Translations under genes and position numbers: made by a program
The notes under the pieces: generated by a model
Seen by the model: the letters and a program-made list of their open reading frames with translations, nothing else
Database searches by the model: none
What the model was told of the DNA's origin: nothing
IMG/VR virus record: IMGVR_UViG_3300029243_000160
Span: 64,001 to 128,000 of that record
DNA: 64,000 nt
Reading direction: 5' to 3' (one strand)
Source of the DNA: a virus
Shown here: in pieces, positions 17,901 to 26,779 of the stretch
How the letters are laid out: each line of letters starts with the position of its first letter
How positions within the stretch are numbered: the stretch's first letter is position 1

Positions 17901-18539
17901 GCAAGACTTTCTGCTTTAGAAGCACAAAAGACTGCTCTTGACAGCATGATGAAAACGCTGGAAGTCAGCAGAAATGTACTGAATCCGCAGGCAATCACAG
18001 CAATTGAACAGGCTATCGCATCAATCACAGCCGACATTGAACGGCTTTCTGAACCTGATGCGGAAAAGACAGCTCACGCAGAGCAAGAAACGCAGAAAAA
18101 TGCTGAACAGCCTGCTCCAGAACATTCAGAATCTGTTGCAATTGATTGTGATATTGCTGACATCACAAGAACTGATGATGGCTTCTATGAATTTGAGCTG
18201 TCCATTGAGACAGTTGTGGAAGCCTTGAATCGGGCAGCAGACGTTTCCGAAGACCTTCAAAACTTCTTTGTTGAAAATGGTGTGCCGGAAAAGTCAGTAA
18301 TTGAAGCAGATGAACCATATATGGTTTATGGCGAGATGAATCCGGATATTGACGATGGTATTTCCATGCGGTTACAGCTGATAAATCCGGATATTGATGT
18401 AGAAATTCCGCTTTACAAAGAAGAATGCCATGCGTTATCTGAAAAAATTGCAATTCTGGACAAAGCTGAACCAGAGCTGCCGAAGGAAGATAACGAGAAA
18501 GAATTTGTGCAGTTGGAATTTGATTTTGACAAGGAGTGA
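14961..18539 (+). CDS. polyvalent-type large protein with zincin-like metallopeptidase domain
   Basis: 1192 aa, RBS AAGGAAGGAG. HExxH at ~aa 405 (GSLGHEWGHALDNYI, nt 16172-16186), followed by SSETEMFARAFASYV. Long Q/E-rich linkers and several further globular segments (e.g. MLLDRLRSDCEYFLG...), an architecture typical of plasmid/phage polyvalent proteins. Confidence 0.8.
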   Translation: MAKKKIEDFGEEIFGARKHLAQLNRELRATDIGDWTDAEREQNVTKNTAFPKVDYKKEYADGKDREVLYFIKTLRDKLPTQPLYPLKSLYTPEQLPEAKRQAQEDYLTTVSYVYQKAMQLEKPEDFKKFFNEVSAAKLPKSDKILKDAKKVLDFDGRWGEYTYQRFQSKLEKNKFCFSDKEKLLSNYEIYKYDGKNVKRDEQLSKAYHKDYMNVSFGYGKRIFLANNETEANPDNWKQDTYFAIAKSKVDLIAMNIPSREAIEEKLVAIEQEKPQTEKTKKAGKKALKPLQLQHIRPTTEDYRQGKPVVENDFMKDSSTATFPFRGVQFGNWTNQNDRQENLNMSFDAFKDLAKALHIHDEDVTLGGQLAIAYGARGHSGAVAHYEPAENVINLTKMRGAGSLGHEWGHALDNYIAKQIGSHEMFASDGASIDHIYGVDNPMVNLLNTMKYDNSDTGRTQFYRDAKALDGAYSTTGNQKGSNKKGLYWSSETEMFARAFASYVHDKLGESDYLVGHSEGNYPITKKDGTETTVSISPQGKERERINDAFDKLFERLKEMEILHDSGRELPKEQTNTVQKDAQEEQIQSSPAISPTSESQKTSTESKQTLQQLVENAMQKAKMMVDAESLKEGDIVRLYGDTAIDSRTMKPTELPPTYAKVDSVSESSISFKTYSDEECTKMNGISSYFSTPDEPWTKKLATQGFDVIQTKEQQLAEQMAAEQETSQQKERPVTITCIYSESLGIESGKTYSVSEFDATMKQLDDERVSNRKEGLEKYGSERAWEQQDEQSYYASLGYDKTSFTINLNDGTQETFRQDIGDGDGGVIDFVKSIGRDDLAEILQNAVVAEQQMAQEQAEPAPEVTEPKEDVQNTEQADAQSATNDHSYEYMLLDRLRSDCEYFLGTGETAENNHLCAGNPEAQIEKMQELYDMLPEKPEWLTQEDINQYAQQMIPEKEAEKTEPPSPAVSEQESETNRIADEARLSALEAQKTALDSMMKTLEVSRNVLNPQAITAIEQAIASITADIERLSEPDAEKTAHAEQETQKNAEQPAPEHSESVAIDCDIADITRTDDGFYEFELSIETVVEALNRAADVSEDLQNFFVENGVPEKSVIEADEPYMVYGEMNPDIDDGISMRLQLINPDIDVEIPLYKEECHALSEKIAILDKAEPELPKEDNEKEFVQLEFDFDKE

Positions 18540-18545
18540 TATTTT

Positions 18546-19028
18546 ATGGGCAACAGACATGGCTCTATGGGCGTTACAATCAACTATGACGCAGATTTGC
18601 AGGCAAGCGTAGAAACCGCTTCTGTAGATAAAGCAATAGACATTGAAGCTGATTTGAAGGATAAGCTTCAATGTAAAATCAAAGAGAATGAGGGCGTTGA
18701 AGCGACTGTAACTGTAGACTTGGATTACTACGATAAAGTAGACGAGGTTGCTACATTCAACGTCAACATTCAATTTGAAGATGAAGGCACGGTGAAGTTC
18801 GCTGAGTTTGATGGGGACTATTATCAGCCGCCTGATGCTGATGACCTGATTCACGAAGAACGTGATTTAGAAGGTATCATTGATAAGGCAATGGCAGACC
18901 TTGGTTATCCTGATGCAAACGCAGAAATCACTGCTGACAGGTCAGATGACGTGGACAAAATTTTTGAAAAAGCTTATGAATCATACGATAATCCGGAATA
19001 TGATGAAATCGAACCTGACTTTGATTAA
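18546..19028 (+). CDS. acidic protein (160 aa)
   Basis: ORF track; D/E-rich; tight spacing in the operon. Confidence 0.65.
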   Translation: MGNRHGSMGVTINYDADLQASVETASVDKAIDIEADLKDKLQCKIKENEGVEATVTVDLDYYDKVDEVATFNVNIQFEDEGTVKFAEFDGDYYQPPDADDLIHEERDLEGIIDKAMADLGYPDANAEITADRSDDVDKIFEKAYESYDNPEYDEIEPDFD

Positions 19029-19055
19029 GCAATAAGAAAGGACAAAAAGACGAGT

Positions 19056-19922
19056 ATGTGGACGAAAACAAGCGTTGACGCTTCAAATGCCACTGCTTCG
19101 CAAATCTATTCTCCGGAAGAGGCACAAGAAATTCTGGCAATGCAGGATAAAGCTCTGATGCGGAATCCAAAAGAATATGAATTGACCGATGCAGAATGGA
19201 ATCGAATCCCTTTGAACTATGCAACGCTTGTTGCTTCACATGAGTTCAGAGATGAAGAAACAAACAAGAATTACATTGACCAGTTGTTCCAGCTGAATGA
19301 TAAGTATTATCACTCTGCTACTGATACAGAGTGGAACTTGGAAATTTACAAAGAGCTGAATCGTGATGCAGCCGAAGATTTGCTTCGAGATTCTTCTTTG
19401 GAACTTACAGATGCAGGAAAAAAACTTTTTCCTGATATTCCTGTAATTTCTGATAAAGGAACGGTATTGACCTTCCCAGAAGAATCATTAAAAGACGAAG
19501 AACCGATTGACTTTTCAAACGTAGAAATGGAACGGTTTAGCGAAACGGAAAAAGGCAGCTATCTTCTGATGCCGACCGCAGAATTGCTTGACCAGATTCT
19601 TGACCGTATGTCAACTGTAAATGTTGTAGTATCAAAAAAAGAAGCTACGCTTCCAATGCCGAAACGTGAAGAACTTGATGAGAGTGAGTGTATTCTGTAT
19701 GTAGATACTAACGAAGAGCAAACCGCAGCTGACCTTCACTTTGCTGACCCGAAATCTGGCTTTCAAACTGCTGTTCCGCTTTTGCAACCAGAAGAAGCGA
19801 CATTGATAGCAATTGCCAACAATTTAGAAAAGCAAATTGAAAATTTCGAGAAAGCAATTGATGTTGTTGCTGATGCAATCAACACACACGCTACAGAACA
19901 AGATGCTATTGAAAAAGCATAG
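19056..19922 (+). CDS. hypothetical protein (288 aa)
   Basis: ORF track; RBS AGAAAGGAC. Confidence 0.65.
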   Translation: MWTKTSVDASNATASQIYSPEEAQEILAMQDKALMRNPKEYELTDAEWNRIPLNYATLVASHEFRDEETNKNYIDQLFQLNDKYYHSATDTEWNLEIYKELNRDAAEDLLRDSSLELTDAGKKLFPDIPVISDKGTVLTFPEESLKDEEPIDFSNVEMERFSETEKGSYLLMPTAELLDQILDRMSTVNVVVSKKEATLPMPKREELDESECILYVDTNEEQTAADLHFADPKSGFQTAVPLLQPEEATLIAIANNLEKQIENFEKAIDVVADAINTHATEQDAIEKA

Positions 19923-19936
19923 AAAGGAAATACTTT

Positions 19937-21421
19937 ATGGAAAACGAAAGCAAAATCATGTTGGACGAAAATGCCGGAATCATGATTGATGACGGAAAGA
20001 TAAATGCTGTTGCCTTTCTTTTTGATGCACAGTACAAGGAATTTGCCGAACGTACAAACTTACTGAAAGACGCTGAGGCTACCTTTGAAGAGCTTCTGGA
20101 AGACGGCGACACATTTCTTGATATGTACGTCAATTTTTCGCCGAACGGTGAAGTGTCTGCAACATTGAATATGCAGAGTGACACTTATGGCTACGAAAGC
20201 TATGCTGTACCGTTGGAAGACAACGAAAAACAGGCGTTAAAGAACGAACTTGACCGTATTGCCAGATACAATGAAATGACAATTGATGAATTGATGGAAG
20301 AAGCAATGGCTACGGTTCAAGTCAGAAATATGTTGGTAAATGAGGACGGCAATCTCTTTGCCACGATGGAAGTGAATCGTTCTCGTATGGAAGAGATGCT
20401 AAATGATGCCAACTCGCCCTTGCTGAAAGGAAAAGACATTCACGAGCTGGTTTATTTCAATGATGCAGCCTCTCCTATTTTGACAGCAGAAATAAATCGT
20501 GATGAATCCGTGCAGGCTTCTGCAATCATGAGGGACGGTTACGAGGAAATTGAAGTACCCTTGTCTCTTGATGATAATACAATTGCAGAAATCAAAGATG
20601 CTGTCAAAGAAAACGTGGAACAGAGCCTTGATGTTTCTGTCCAGCATTTTTTTGAAACTGCCGAGCCGAATCATAATTACTCGCAGGAAGAAGTTCATGC
20701 TCTTGCCGAAACGGTCGGTAAATTCGTGACAGCATATCAGGAGTATCAAGAGCCGGAAAAAGAATTTTCTCTGGAAAAGAATATTCAGCGTATCGAAGAG
20801 GGACTTACTTCTCCGGAAATTCTGCCTAGACTTACTGCGGAACTGGACAAAGCGATTGATGTTTCGCAACGGACAACCAGTGAAGGCATCTTCCTTCTTC
20901 CTGACAGAATCGTGGAACAGGCAGTAGAAGTTGCACAGCAGATGGAAATGTACACAAAACCGCTGGAATTTGAAAAAAGCGAGATTGTACAGTTTGACAG
21001 CGAAGTTATTATGGACACCGAGACTGCCGATGGAGAAACAAAGGCAACCATCAATCTGGCGTTGTACATGACAGACGATTTTATGGAACAGGCTCTGGAC
21101 AGAGCCGGAGCTTTTGAGCTTGGCAATCCATCATATCAGGCAGAGAATTTTGAAACACTGATGTATGATGCAGACGGTGCTTTTAAGACAGCAGTCAACG
21201 GATATATTGACATCAATCAGGATAAAGAAGTTTCCTTTACACTGTATACCAGCGATGATGTGGAACTTACTGTTCCACTTTCTGACACAGAGCAGCGTAT
21301 TGTTCTGGACGAGGCAGACAAGTATATTCAGAAAGAAAATGGTGTAACACTTGACCAGAATCTTGACGAAGCAATAAAAGAATCAAAAGAATTGTCAGAG
21401 ATTGATGAACCAGAGATTTGA
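19937..21421 (+). CDS. acidic protein (494 aa)
   Basis: ORF track; RBS AGAAAGGAAA; D/E-rich. Confidence 0.7.
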   Translation: MENESKIMLDENAGIMIDDGKINAVAFLFDAQYKEFAERTNLLKDAEATFEELLEDGDTFLDMYVNFSPNGEVSATLNMQSDTYGYESYAVPLEDNEKQALKNELDRIARYNEMTIDELMEEAMATVQVRNMLVNEDGNLFATMEVNRSRMEEMLNDANSPLLKGKDIHELVYFNDAASPILTAEINRDESVQASAIMRDGYEEIEVPLSLDDNTIAEIKDAVKENVEQSLDVSVQHFFETAEPNHNYSQEEVHALAETVGKFVTAYQEYQEPEKEFSLEKNIQRIEEGLTSPEILPRLTAELDKAIDVSQRTTSEGIFLLPDRIVEQAVEVAQQMEMYTKPLEFEKSEIVQFDSEVIMDTETADGETKATINLALYMTDDFMEQALDRAGAFELGNPSYQAENFETLMYDADGAFKTAVNGYIDINQDKEVSFTLYTSDDVELTVPLSDTEQRIVLDEADKYIQKENGVTLDQNLDEAIKESKELSEIDEPEI

Positions 21422-21442
21422 TTTTTGTACACCTAACCAAAA

Positions 21443-21486
21443 ATAACGGATATGTATTGACAGTAACGGATTGTTTGTGCTATAAT
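21443..21486 (+). promoter_or_regulatory. ATAACGGATAT motif overlapping a strong promoter (TTGACA-18-TATAAT)
   Basis: -35 at 21457-21462, -10 at 21481-21486, with the tgtgcTATAAT block shared with the minus-strand promoter class. Confidence 0.7.
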
Positions 21487-21492
21487 ATAAAG

Positions 21493-21725
21493 GAAGTATA
21501 TAGTAGCACTTCTATGCTGTCCAATCCGTGACGGCAGATAATGATACAAATGCGGTAGCACCTTCACAAGGGAAGGAAAGTCCGATTATATTATTTATTA
21601 GCTGTTACCTGCTGTTCTTTTCTTGTCACGCAACATTTGTGAATGGAAAGAGCAAAACATCAGCAGGCTTAATAAATATACAAAGGACGTTCTGAGAATC
21701 ATTTTCTGAGAGCGTCCTTTTTCTT
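21493..21725 (+). ncRNA. leader RNA B (~230 nt), homologous to leader A
   Basis: Contains ATGCGGTAGCACCTT, CAAGGGAAGGAAAGTCCG and a CCTGCTG...CAGCAGG hairpin, and ends in a strong terminator hairpin. Confidence 0.5.
21682..21725 (+). terminator. rho-independent terminator/attenuator
   Basis: AAAGGACGTTCTGAGAA...TTCTGAGAGCGTCCTTT long imperfect stem followed by TTTTCTT. Confidence 0.7.
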
Positions 21726-21735
21726 AACCTCAAAA

Positions 21736-21758
21736 ATAACGGATATTTTACAGAGTAA
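21736..21758 (+). promoter_or_regulatory. ATAACGGATATTTTACAGAGTAA motif in 5' UTR position
   Basis: Lies between terminator B and the RBS AAAAAGGAG of the 21777 gene. Confidence 0.6.
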
Positions 21759-21776
21759 TCAAAAAGGAGTGACACC

Positions 21777-22157
21777 ATGAAAAACACAGTTGACCTATTT
21801 CGCATCTTCCAGCACGAACAGAAACGTGTTGGCGATAGCATGACAGTTTACTACAACATTGAAGAAAATTCCCTGCAATACAAAAACACCAAAGGCACTC
21901 TCACAGTGATATTTCATGCTTCTGATGCAGGCGAAGATTTCTATTATCAGAAGTTCGGGGAGCTTGTTTCAGAAAATGGCAAAAAGCTCGGAATCCTTGT
22001 GCAGAAAACTTATCATAACGGACAAAATGCACATTTGTTTCAAAACCCGATGACTGGCGGCTTGAAAATGTTTGAGATTCCGCAGGAGTTCATTGATATT
22101 GCAAGAGCATATCAATTCGACCGTGAATCTATTGGCTTGAAAGGAGAAACTGCATGA
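21777..22157 (+). CDS. hypothetical protein (126 aa)
   Basis: ORF track; RBS AAAAAGGAG. Confidence 0.65.
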   Translation: MKNTVDLFRIFQHEQKRVGDSMTVYYNIEENSLQYKNTKGTLTVIFHASDAGEDFYYQKFGELVSENGKKLGILVQKTYHNGQNAHLFQNPMTGGLKMFEIPQEFIDIARAYQFDRESIGLKGETA

Positions 22158-24547
22158 AAGGTAAATTCTACGCTTCCGGCGATTTGAAACAGCTGGAAAG
22201 CACATTGAAAGAACACGAACCATACGCTGTCCTTGTGGTGTCTACCACAGGGATTGACAAAGAGAACGAGTTTGAAGGACACTTTCCTACTCGTGTTGTT
22301 ATGAAGCAGTTTGAGTTTGATGACGAAACCAAAAGCTATCAGAGTGGCTTCACATTTGATAAGCTGGTGCAAGCTCCGCAAGAGGCAATCCAAGAGGCGT
22401 TGAAGAATGAAAGTTCTTACGATGTTTTTGCAAACGGTGGAATCGACAAAGAGGCGTATCTCCGTGGTGAAAATGTGCTGCCTGTTGCGGAATTTCAGAA
22501 AGAGTTTCAGACCGCAATTTCTGCGGTTCAGGAATCCAATGCTACCCTTATCATCAACAATCAAACTCACGCATTTCATTTCATGGACAAAATCCAGTCG
22601 GCTGATACGCTTCGTGAAATCAGGGAACAGGGCAAGACACTTGACCAAGTGAATCTGACCAGAGCATATTTCCGAAAGCACGATGTACAGGGACAGGCAA
22701 CATTGGAAGCTTTGCGGAATTATCGCATGAGTTCTCCTAAGAGTTCATTTCTTGCAACTGCGGATAAAGCAACACTGAAAGATTTGAGTGGTATGACAAA
22801 AGATGCTTTCATGGAAGCTCACCCAGATATTTCAGAATCCTCATACGATGTGACGAAGAAAGATTTTGACAGAAAATCTGCAAAAATCATCGGTGGAGAC
22901 CAGCGGATTCAGGTAATCAGCAACTTTATTACAGAGTATGGCAGAGAAGAAAAGATTCTGGAAAACGAATACCTCACCAGTATGCGTGAAAGCGATGCTG
23001 CCAAGACACGTCAGTGGTCTGAACGTGGTAAGGAAAAGTACCGTGAAAGCAATGTTGATGAGAAGTTCCAGACACTTATTAACAAGCACGTTATCAATCC
23101 GGAAAAAATTCTTGCAGGCGACAGTCAGTTCCACAAATTGATTGATGCAATTGAACACGGCGAAAACAAGGGCATTATGATGATTCATACTGCTACTACC
23201 GGATTCGAGAGAAAGGGGAACAGAACTGACACTGGATTCCCGATTCAGTTTGCAACAGCGGTTTATAAGCGTGGCGAAGAAGGCAAAATTGATATGTCAC
23301 ATAAAGCTGCTACAACCATGCTGATTCAAGCTCCTGCAAGAAGCATGGCAAACGCCGAAGAAAATATTCGTACCGGAAAATACGATACTTTCGCAGAATC
23401 CGGTATCAATATAGACGATTACAAAGCTGGCAAAGATGTCCTCAGCCAGTCAGAAGCACAGGAACGGATTCATAAAGTGTTCCAGATGTTTCCACCAGAA
23501 GACTATACCATTGTTACGTTCAGCAAAGACTTTGCTCAGAGAAGTCTCCAGCATCTTGGCAACTTCTCTGTAATCAATGAGCCGTCCATTGATGCTACAC
23601 AAGCAATCAAAGAATATGCCTATCTTGCAAGCCACGATGAGGCATATCATGGCGATGTTGCTCTGTTTGACATGAACAAAATGCAGGCTTTTGGCTTGAA
23701 TGATGTGGCTGAGAGCCGTGGTGCTGATGCTCCGAAATCTGCTATTTCAAAATGCTTACTGATGGGACAGCTCCTTGATGAAGCTGAACAACAGCAAATT
23801 GAACTCTTCCACCCACAGGATAAAGAGCAGACCTCGAAAGAATCCGATATTCCTCAGCAGAAAGAACCTGCTACGGAAAATGTGAAAGAATCTCCGGCAC
23901 AGGAATCTTCTCCTGTTCAGAAAGCACCAAAGGAACAGCCTGCTTCCGTTACTCCGCAAGAGGTTGCCGATGCAGAAGCAGCAATTCGGAAAGAATTTGA
24001 AAATGCTGCCAGTGAAAAAGCACAGCAGGAAACTGGAAAGGTTCGCAGATACCGCCGTGGGGAACAGCAAGAAGGAAATCGCAGAACAATTACTCGTGAG
24101 CCGTCAGAAAGTCGCCAGAAGCCTTCTCCTGCTCCACAGCAAACTATGCAAGCAGAAAACCTCGCCAAGACAAACGAAGCCTTAAACGGCGTTGTAGCGT
24201 CTCTGTCTGAGGCGTTGAGCAAGCAGACACAAAGCATGATTCAGATGCAATCAGAACTGATGCGGACAAATCAGCAGTTAATGGAAACCAATCAGCGTTT
24301 GGTATCGGCATTGGAGAAACAAAATGAAATCCTGCAATCTCTCACCGGAGAGCGTTCCGTTTCCAGAAAGCAGAATCCTGTGGAGAAAATTGAAAGCTTG
24401 AAGGAAGAGATTTCGGAAATGTCTGAAAATTTTCCTCGTTCGGCAGCAGCTTACATGACTTCTGCGAACAAAGCTCTGACAACAGCACAGCATGAATACG
24501 AGAAAAACGAACGAAATCTTGAAGTCGCTGACCGTTCGGCAAGCTAA
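22154..24547 (+). CDS. large protein with two degenerate DnaQ-like exonuclease-fold segments and coiled-coil C-terminus
   Basis: AVLVVSTTGIDKE and MMIHTATTGFERK resemble exonuclease motif I (xxDxETTG) but lack the acidic residues. NNQTHAFHFMDKI resembles motif III. The C-terminal third is Q/E-rich. Confidence 0.7.
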   Translation: MKGKFYASGDLKQLESTLKEHEPYAVLVVSTTGIDKENEFEGHFPTRVVMKQFEFDDETKSYQSGFTFDKLVQAPQEAIQEALKNESSYDVFANGGIDKEAYLRGENVLPVAEFQKEFQTAISAVQESNATLIINNQTHAFHFMDKIQSADTLREIREQGKTLDQVNLTRAYFRKHDVQGQATLEALRNYRMSSPKSSFLATADKATLKDLSGMTKDAFMEAHPDISESSYDVTKKDFDRKSAKIIGGDQRIQVISNFITEYGREEKILENEYLTSMRESDAAKTRQWSERGKEKYRESNVDEKFQTLINKHVINPEKILAGDSQFHKLIDAIEHGENKGIMMIHTATTGFERKGNRTDTGFPIQFATAVYKRGEEGKIDMSHKAATTMLIQAPARSMANAEENIRTGKYDTFAESGINIDDYKAGKDVLSQSEAQERIHKVFQMFPPEDYTIVTFSKDFAQRSLQHLGNFSVINEPSIDATQAIKEYAYLASHDEAYHGDVALFDMNKMQAFGLNDVAESRGADAPKSAISKCLLMGQLLDEAEQQQIELFHPQDKEQTSKESDIPQQKEPATENVKESPAQESSPVQKAPKEQPASVTPQEVADAEAAIRKEFENAASEKAQQETGKVRRYRRGEQQEGNRRTITREPSESRQKPSPAPQQTMQAENLAKTNEALNGVVASLSEALSKQTQSMIQMQSELMRTNQQLMETNQRLVSALEKQNEILQSLTGERSVSRKQNPVEKIESLKEEISEMSENFPRSAAAYMTSANKALTTAQHEYEKNERNLEVADRSAS

Positions 24548-24561
24548 GGAGTGTGCAACAT

Positions 24562-25671
24562 ATGGCAAAGAACAATTGGAACAACAGCCCAAAGAAGAAT
24601 CTCCCCAGTGATATGCCGTCCTTGAAGTACAATTCGAGAGAGATAAACAAGGATATTCCTATCGAAGAAGTTATGTCTCGCTATGCTGGCAGTACAATGC
24701 AACGCAACAAAAAATTCCATTGCCCGAATCCTCAGCACCCTGACAAGAACCCTTCTGCCACTGTAAACCATGACAGAAACACTTGCAGATGCTGGTCGTG
24801 TGCTACCACTTTCACGCCTATCACAGTTGTAATGCAAAACTGCGATTTGCCATTTCCGCAGGCGTGTGAACGATTGGTTGAGGATTTTGGATTGGACAAG
24901 TACCGTTATTCCAATCTTGCAGAAGTTGAAGAGTACTGGAAGCCTGCCAGCGAACGGAAGTTTATTGATTCGTGGTATTTAGAAAATAGTGAGATTGAAA
25001 ACATCGGATTGATTCCAAACGCACAGTTCAAAGTTACGCTTGATGCAGATGAATACTTCAAAGTGGTTTGCGGTGATGTTCCGATGGAAGGCAAAGACGG
25101 CGGTACAATCTCAGTGTCGTTTGAGGAAGCAGCAAAATACGATTTTCTTCCGCAATCTTTTGCTAATGAGGAAAATCAGAAAGGTTTCTCATTACGGCAG
25201 ATGTGGCTGGACGGAAACTGGGAAGACAAAATCAGCATTGAAGATATGATTATCGGAAAATGCGATGAAACATTCCTGAACAACAAAAAGAATAAAGAGT
25301 TTATGGAACAAAAAGTTGCTTCTTATGATGCTTCTTACTCTCCTGATTTACAGAATCGTCTGAAAGAACTTTGCATGGAATATATCGAACGAGGACTGGA
25401 GCGTGTGGAAAATGGCTCAGACATTTCTTTGCCTGCTGTAAAAAGTCCAAAGGTAGAACGTGCTATGGCTGAAACTATGCAGGTTTACAACTATCGTGAA
25501 ATCCTGCGTTCCGGTTATTTTGAAGCAAGAAATGAAAAGGCTGAGGCAACTTATAAAAAAGTCATGGGAAGACGTGCAGAGCGAGAAAAAGATATGAAAA
25601 AGCACCCACAGAACTATCGCTCTACTGTGGAAGAACCCACCAAAAACACAGATGACAGAGATGATATATGA
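24562..25671 (+). CDS. CHC2 (DnaG-type) zinc-finger protein without recognisable Toprim domain
   Basis: ATG 24562 with AGGAG RBS. FHCPNPQHPDKNPSATVNHDRNTCRCWSCATTFTPITVVM matches the primase CHC2 zinc-finger pattern. Confidence 0.7.
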   Translation: MAKNNWNNSPKKNLPSDMPSLKYNSREINKDIPIEEVMSRYAGSTMQRNKKFHCPNPQHPDKNPSATVNHDRNTCRCWSCATTFTPITVVMQNCDLPFPQACERLVEDFGLDKYRYSNLAEVEEYWKPASERKFIDSWYLENSEIENIGLIPNAQFKVTLDADEYFKVVCGDVPMEGKDGGTISVSFEEAAKYDFLPQSFANEENQKGFSLRQMWLDGNWEDKISIEDMIIGKCDETFLNNKKNKEFMEQKVASYDASYSPDLQNRLKELCMEYIERGLERVENGSDISLPAVKSPKVERAMAETMQVYNYREILRSGYFEARNEKAEATYKKVMGRRAEREKDMKKHPQNYRSTVEEPTKNTDDRDDI

Positions 25672-26777
25672 GATACGCAATTGACAGCAAAGGAACAGTG
25701 CTTCCTCTCCCACCAAACCAAAATATGATACGTTTCATTCCGATTGAAGTTCGTGCAAAGGAACTTGTGAGATTCACTTCTGAATTTGCAGAACTCTTGA
25801 ACGGTGCAGGTATCAACACGCAAAATGCTAAGTATTGCTACATGATACAACCTCTCTACGCTTCGGAACGACTGGTTTATTTCACAAGAACAGAATTGTC
25901 TTCCAGTTCACAGGCAGTCCGCATGGCAAATGAGCTGGATAAGCACCCAGAATTGCTGAATCAGCCGGATATGCTCGAACTGCTCCAGAGCATCTTTCAG
26001 GACACTCGTGGCACTCCACGCTGGTATTTGATTTCTGTGGGATATGTTGAACTGGAACGCAATCTGTATGACTGCAAACGTATCAATTTGACATACCACC
26101 AACCAGTTTTCTTTCACAGATTTCAAAAAGTGATACAGAAAGAACAAATCACAAAGGAAGAACTGGAACTTGCTGTTCCGTGCGAGAAATATCGCTTTTT
26201 TTCAAATGATATAAACTTTTCCGACCGAGAAATGCTGATAGATATTGCTCTTGAAAGAGATATAGTTGGCGGTAAAGAATCTGTTTTTGATATGAAAGTA
26301 TATCAAGCCGTGAAGCAGTATCGGCAGATGAAGTTCTCTCAAAAGGACGTTTTCAGCAACACTGCCGCAAAATGCTTAAAGGACTTGAACACACACACCT
26401 CATGGAAAAAGAAAGATGTCTATATCGCTTATGACACAGCCAAAAAGCTGATAAAGAGCGTTTATAAAAATGCTTATGGCATCTGCTATAAAGATACCAG
26501 AATCACTGCTTACCTTACACCGGAGCGTTTTCTGACAATGTATGTTGGTGGTACACGAGACAGACCGTTGTACATCATTGACGGAAATTTTTTAACAATA
26601 GAACAGTTAAAAGATTATCTAATGAGCTTACAAGAGCTGCCTGTTGTTCCGTGGTTTGCGGATAAGGTGCAACCTTATATCGAAGTGAGGAAGCCTCAGA
26701 AGGCTTCCAAAGCCCAGAGAAACGTACTTCAATGGAACAAAAAGCGAAAAAAGAAGAAACCCAGAAAGGAAAAATAA
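25668..26777 (+). CDS. hypothetical protein (369 aa), basic C-terminal tail
   Basis: ATGA overlap with the upstream stop. The tail is KKRKKKKPRKEK. Confidence 0.7.
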   Translation: MRYAIDSKGTVLPLPPNQNMIRFIPIEVRAKELVRFTSEFAELLNGAGINTQNAKYCYMIQPLYASERLVYFTRTELSSSSQAVRMANELDKHPELLNQPDMLELLQSIFQDTRGTPRWYLISVGYVELERNLYDCKRINLTYHQPVFFHRFQKVIQKEQITKEELELAVPCEKYRFFSNDINFSDREMLIDIALERDIVGGKESVFDMKVYQAVKQYRQMKFSQKDVFSNTAAKCLKDLNTHTSWKKKDVYIAYDTAKKLIKSVYKNAYGICYKDTRITAYLTPERFLTMYVGGTRDRPLYIIDGNFLTIEQLKDYLMSLQELPVVPWFADKVQPYIEVRKPQKASKAQRNVLQWNKKRKKKKPRKEK

Positions 26778-26779
26778 CT

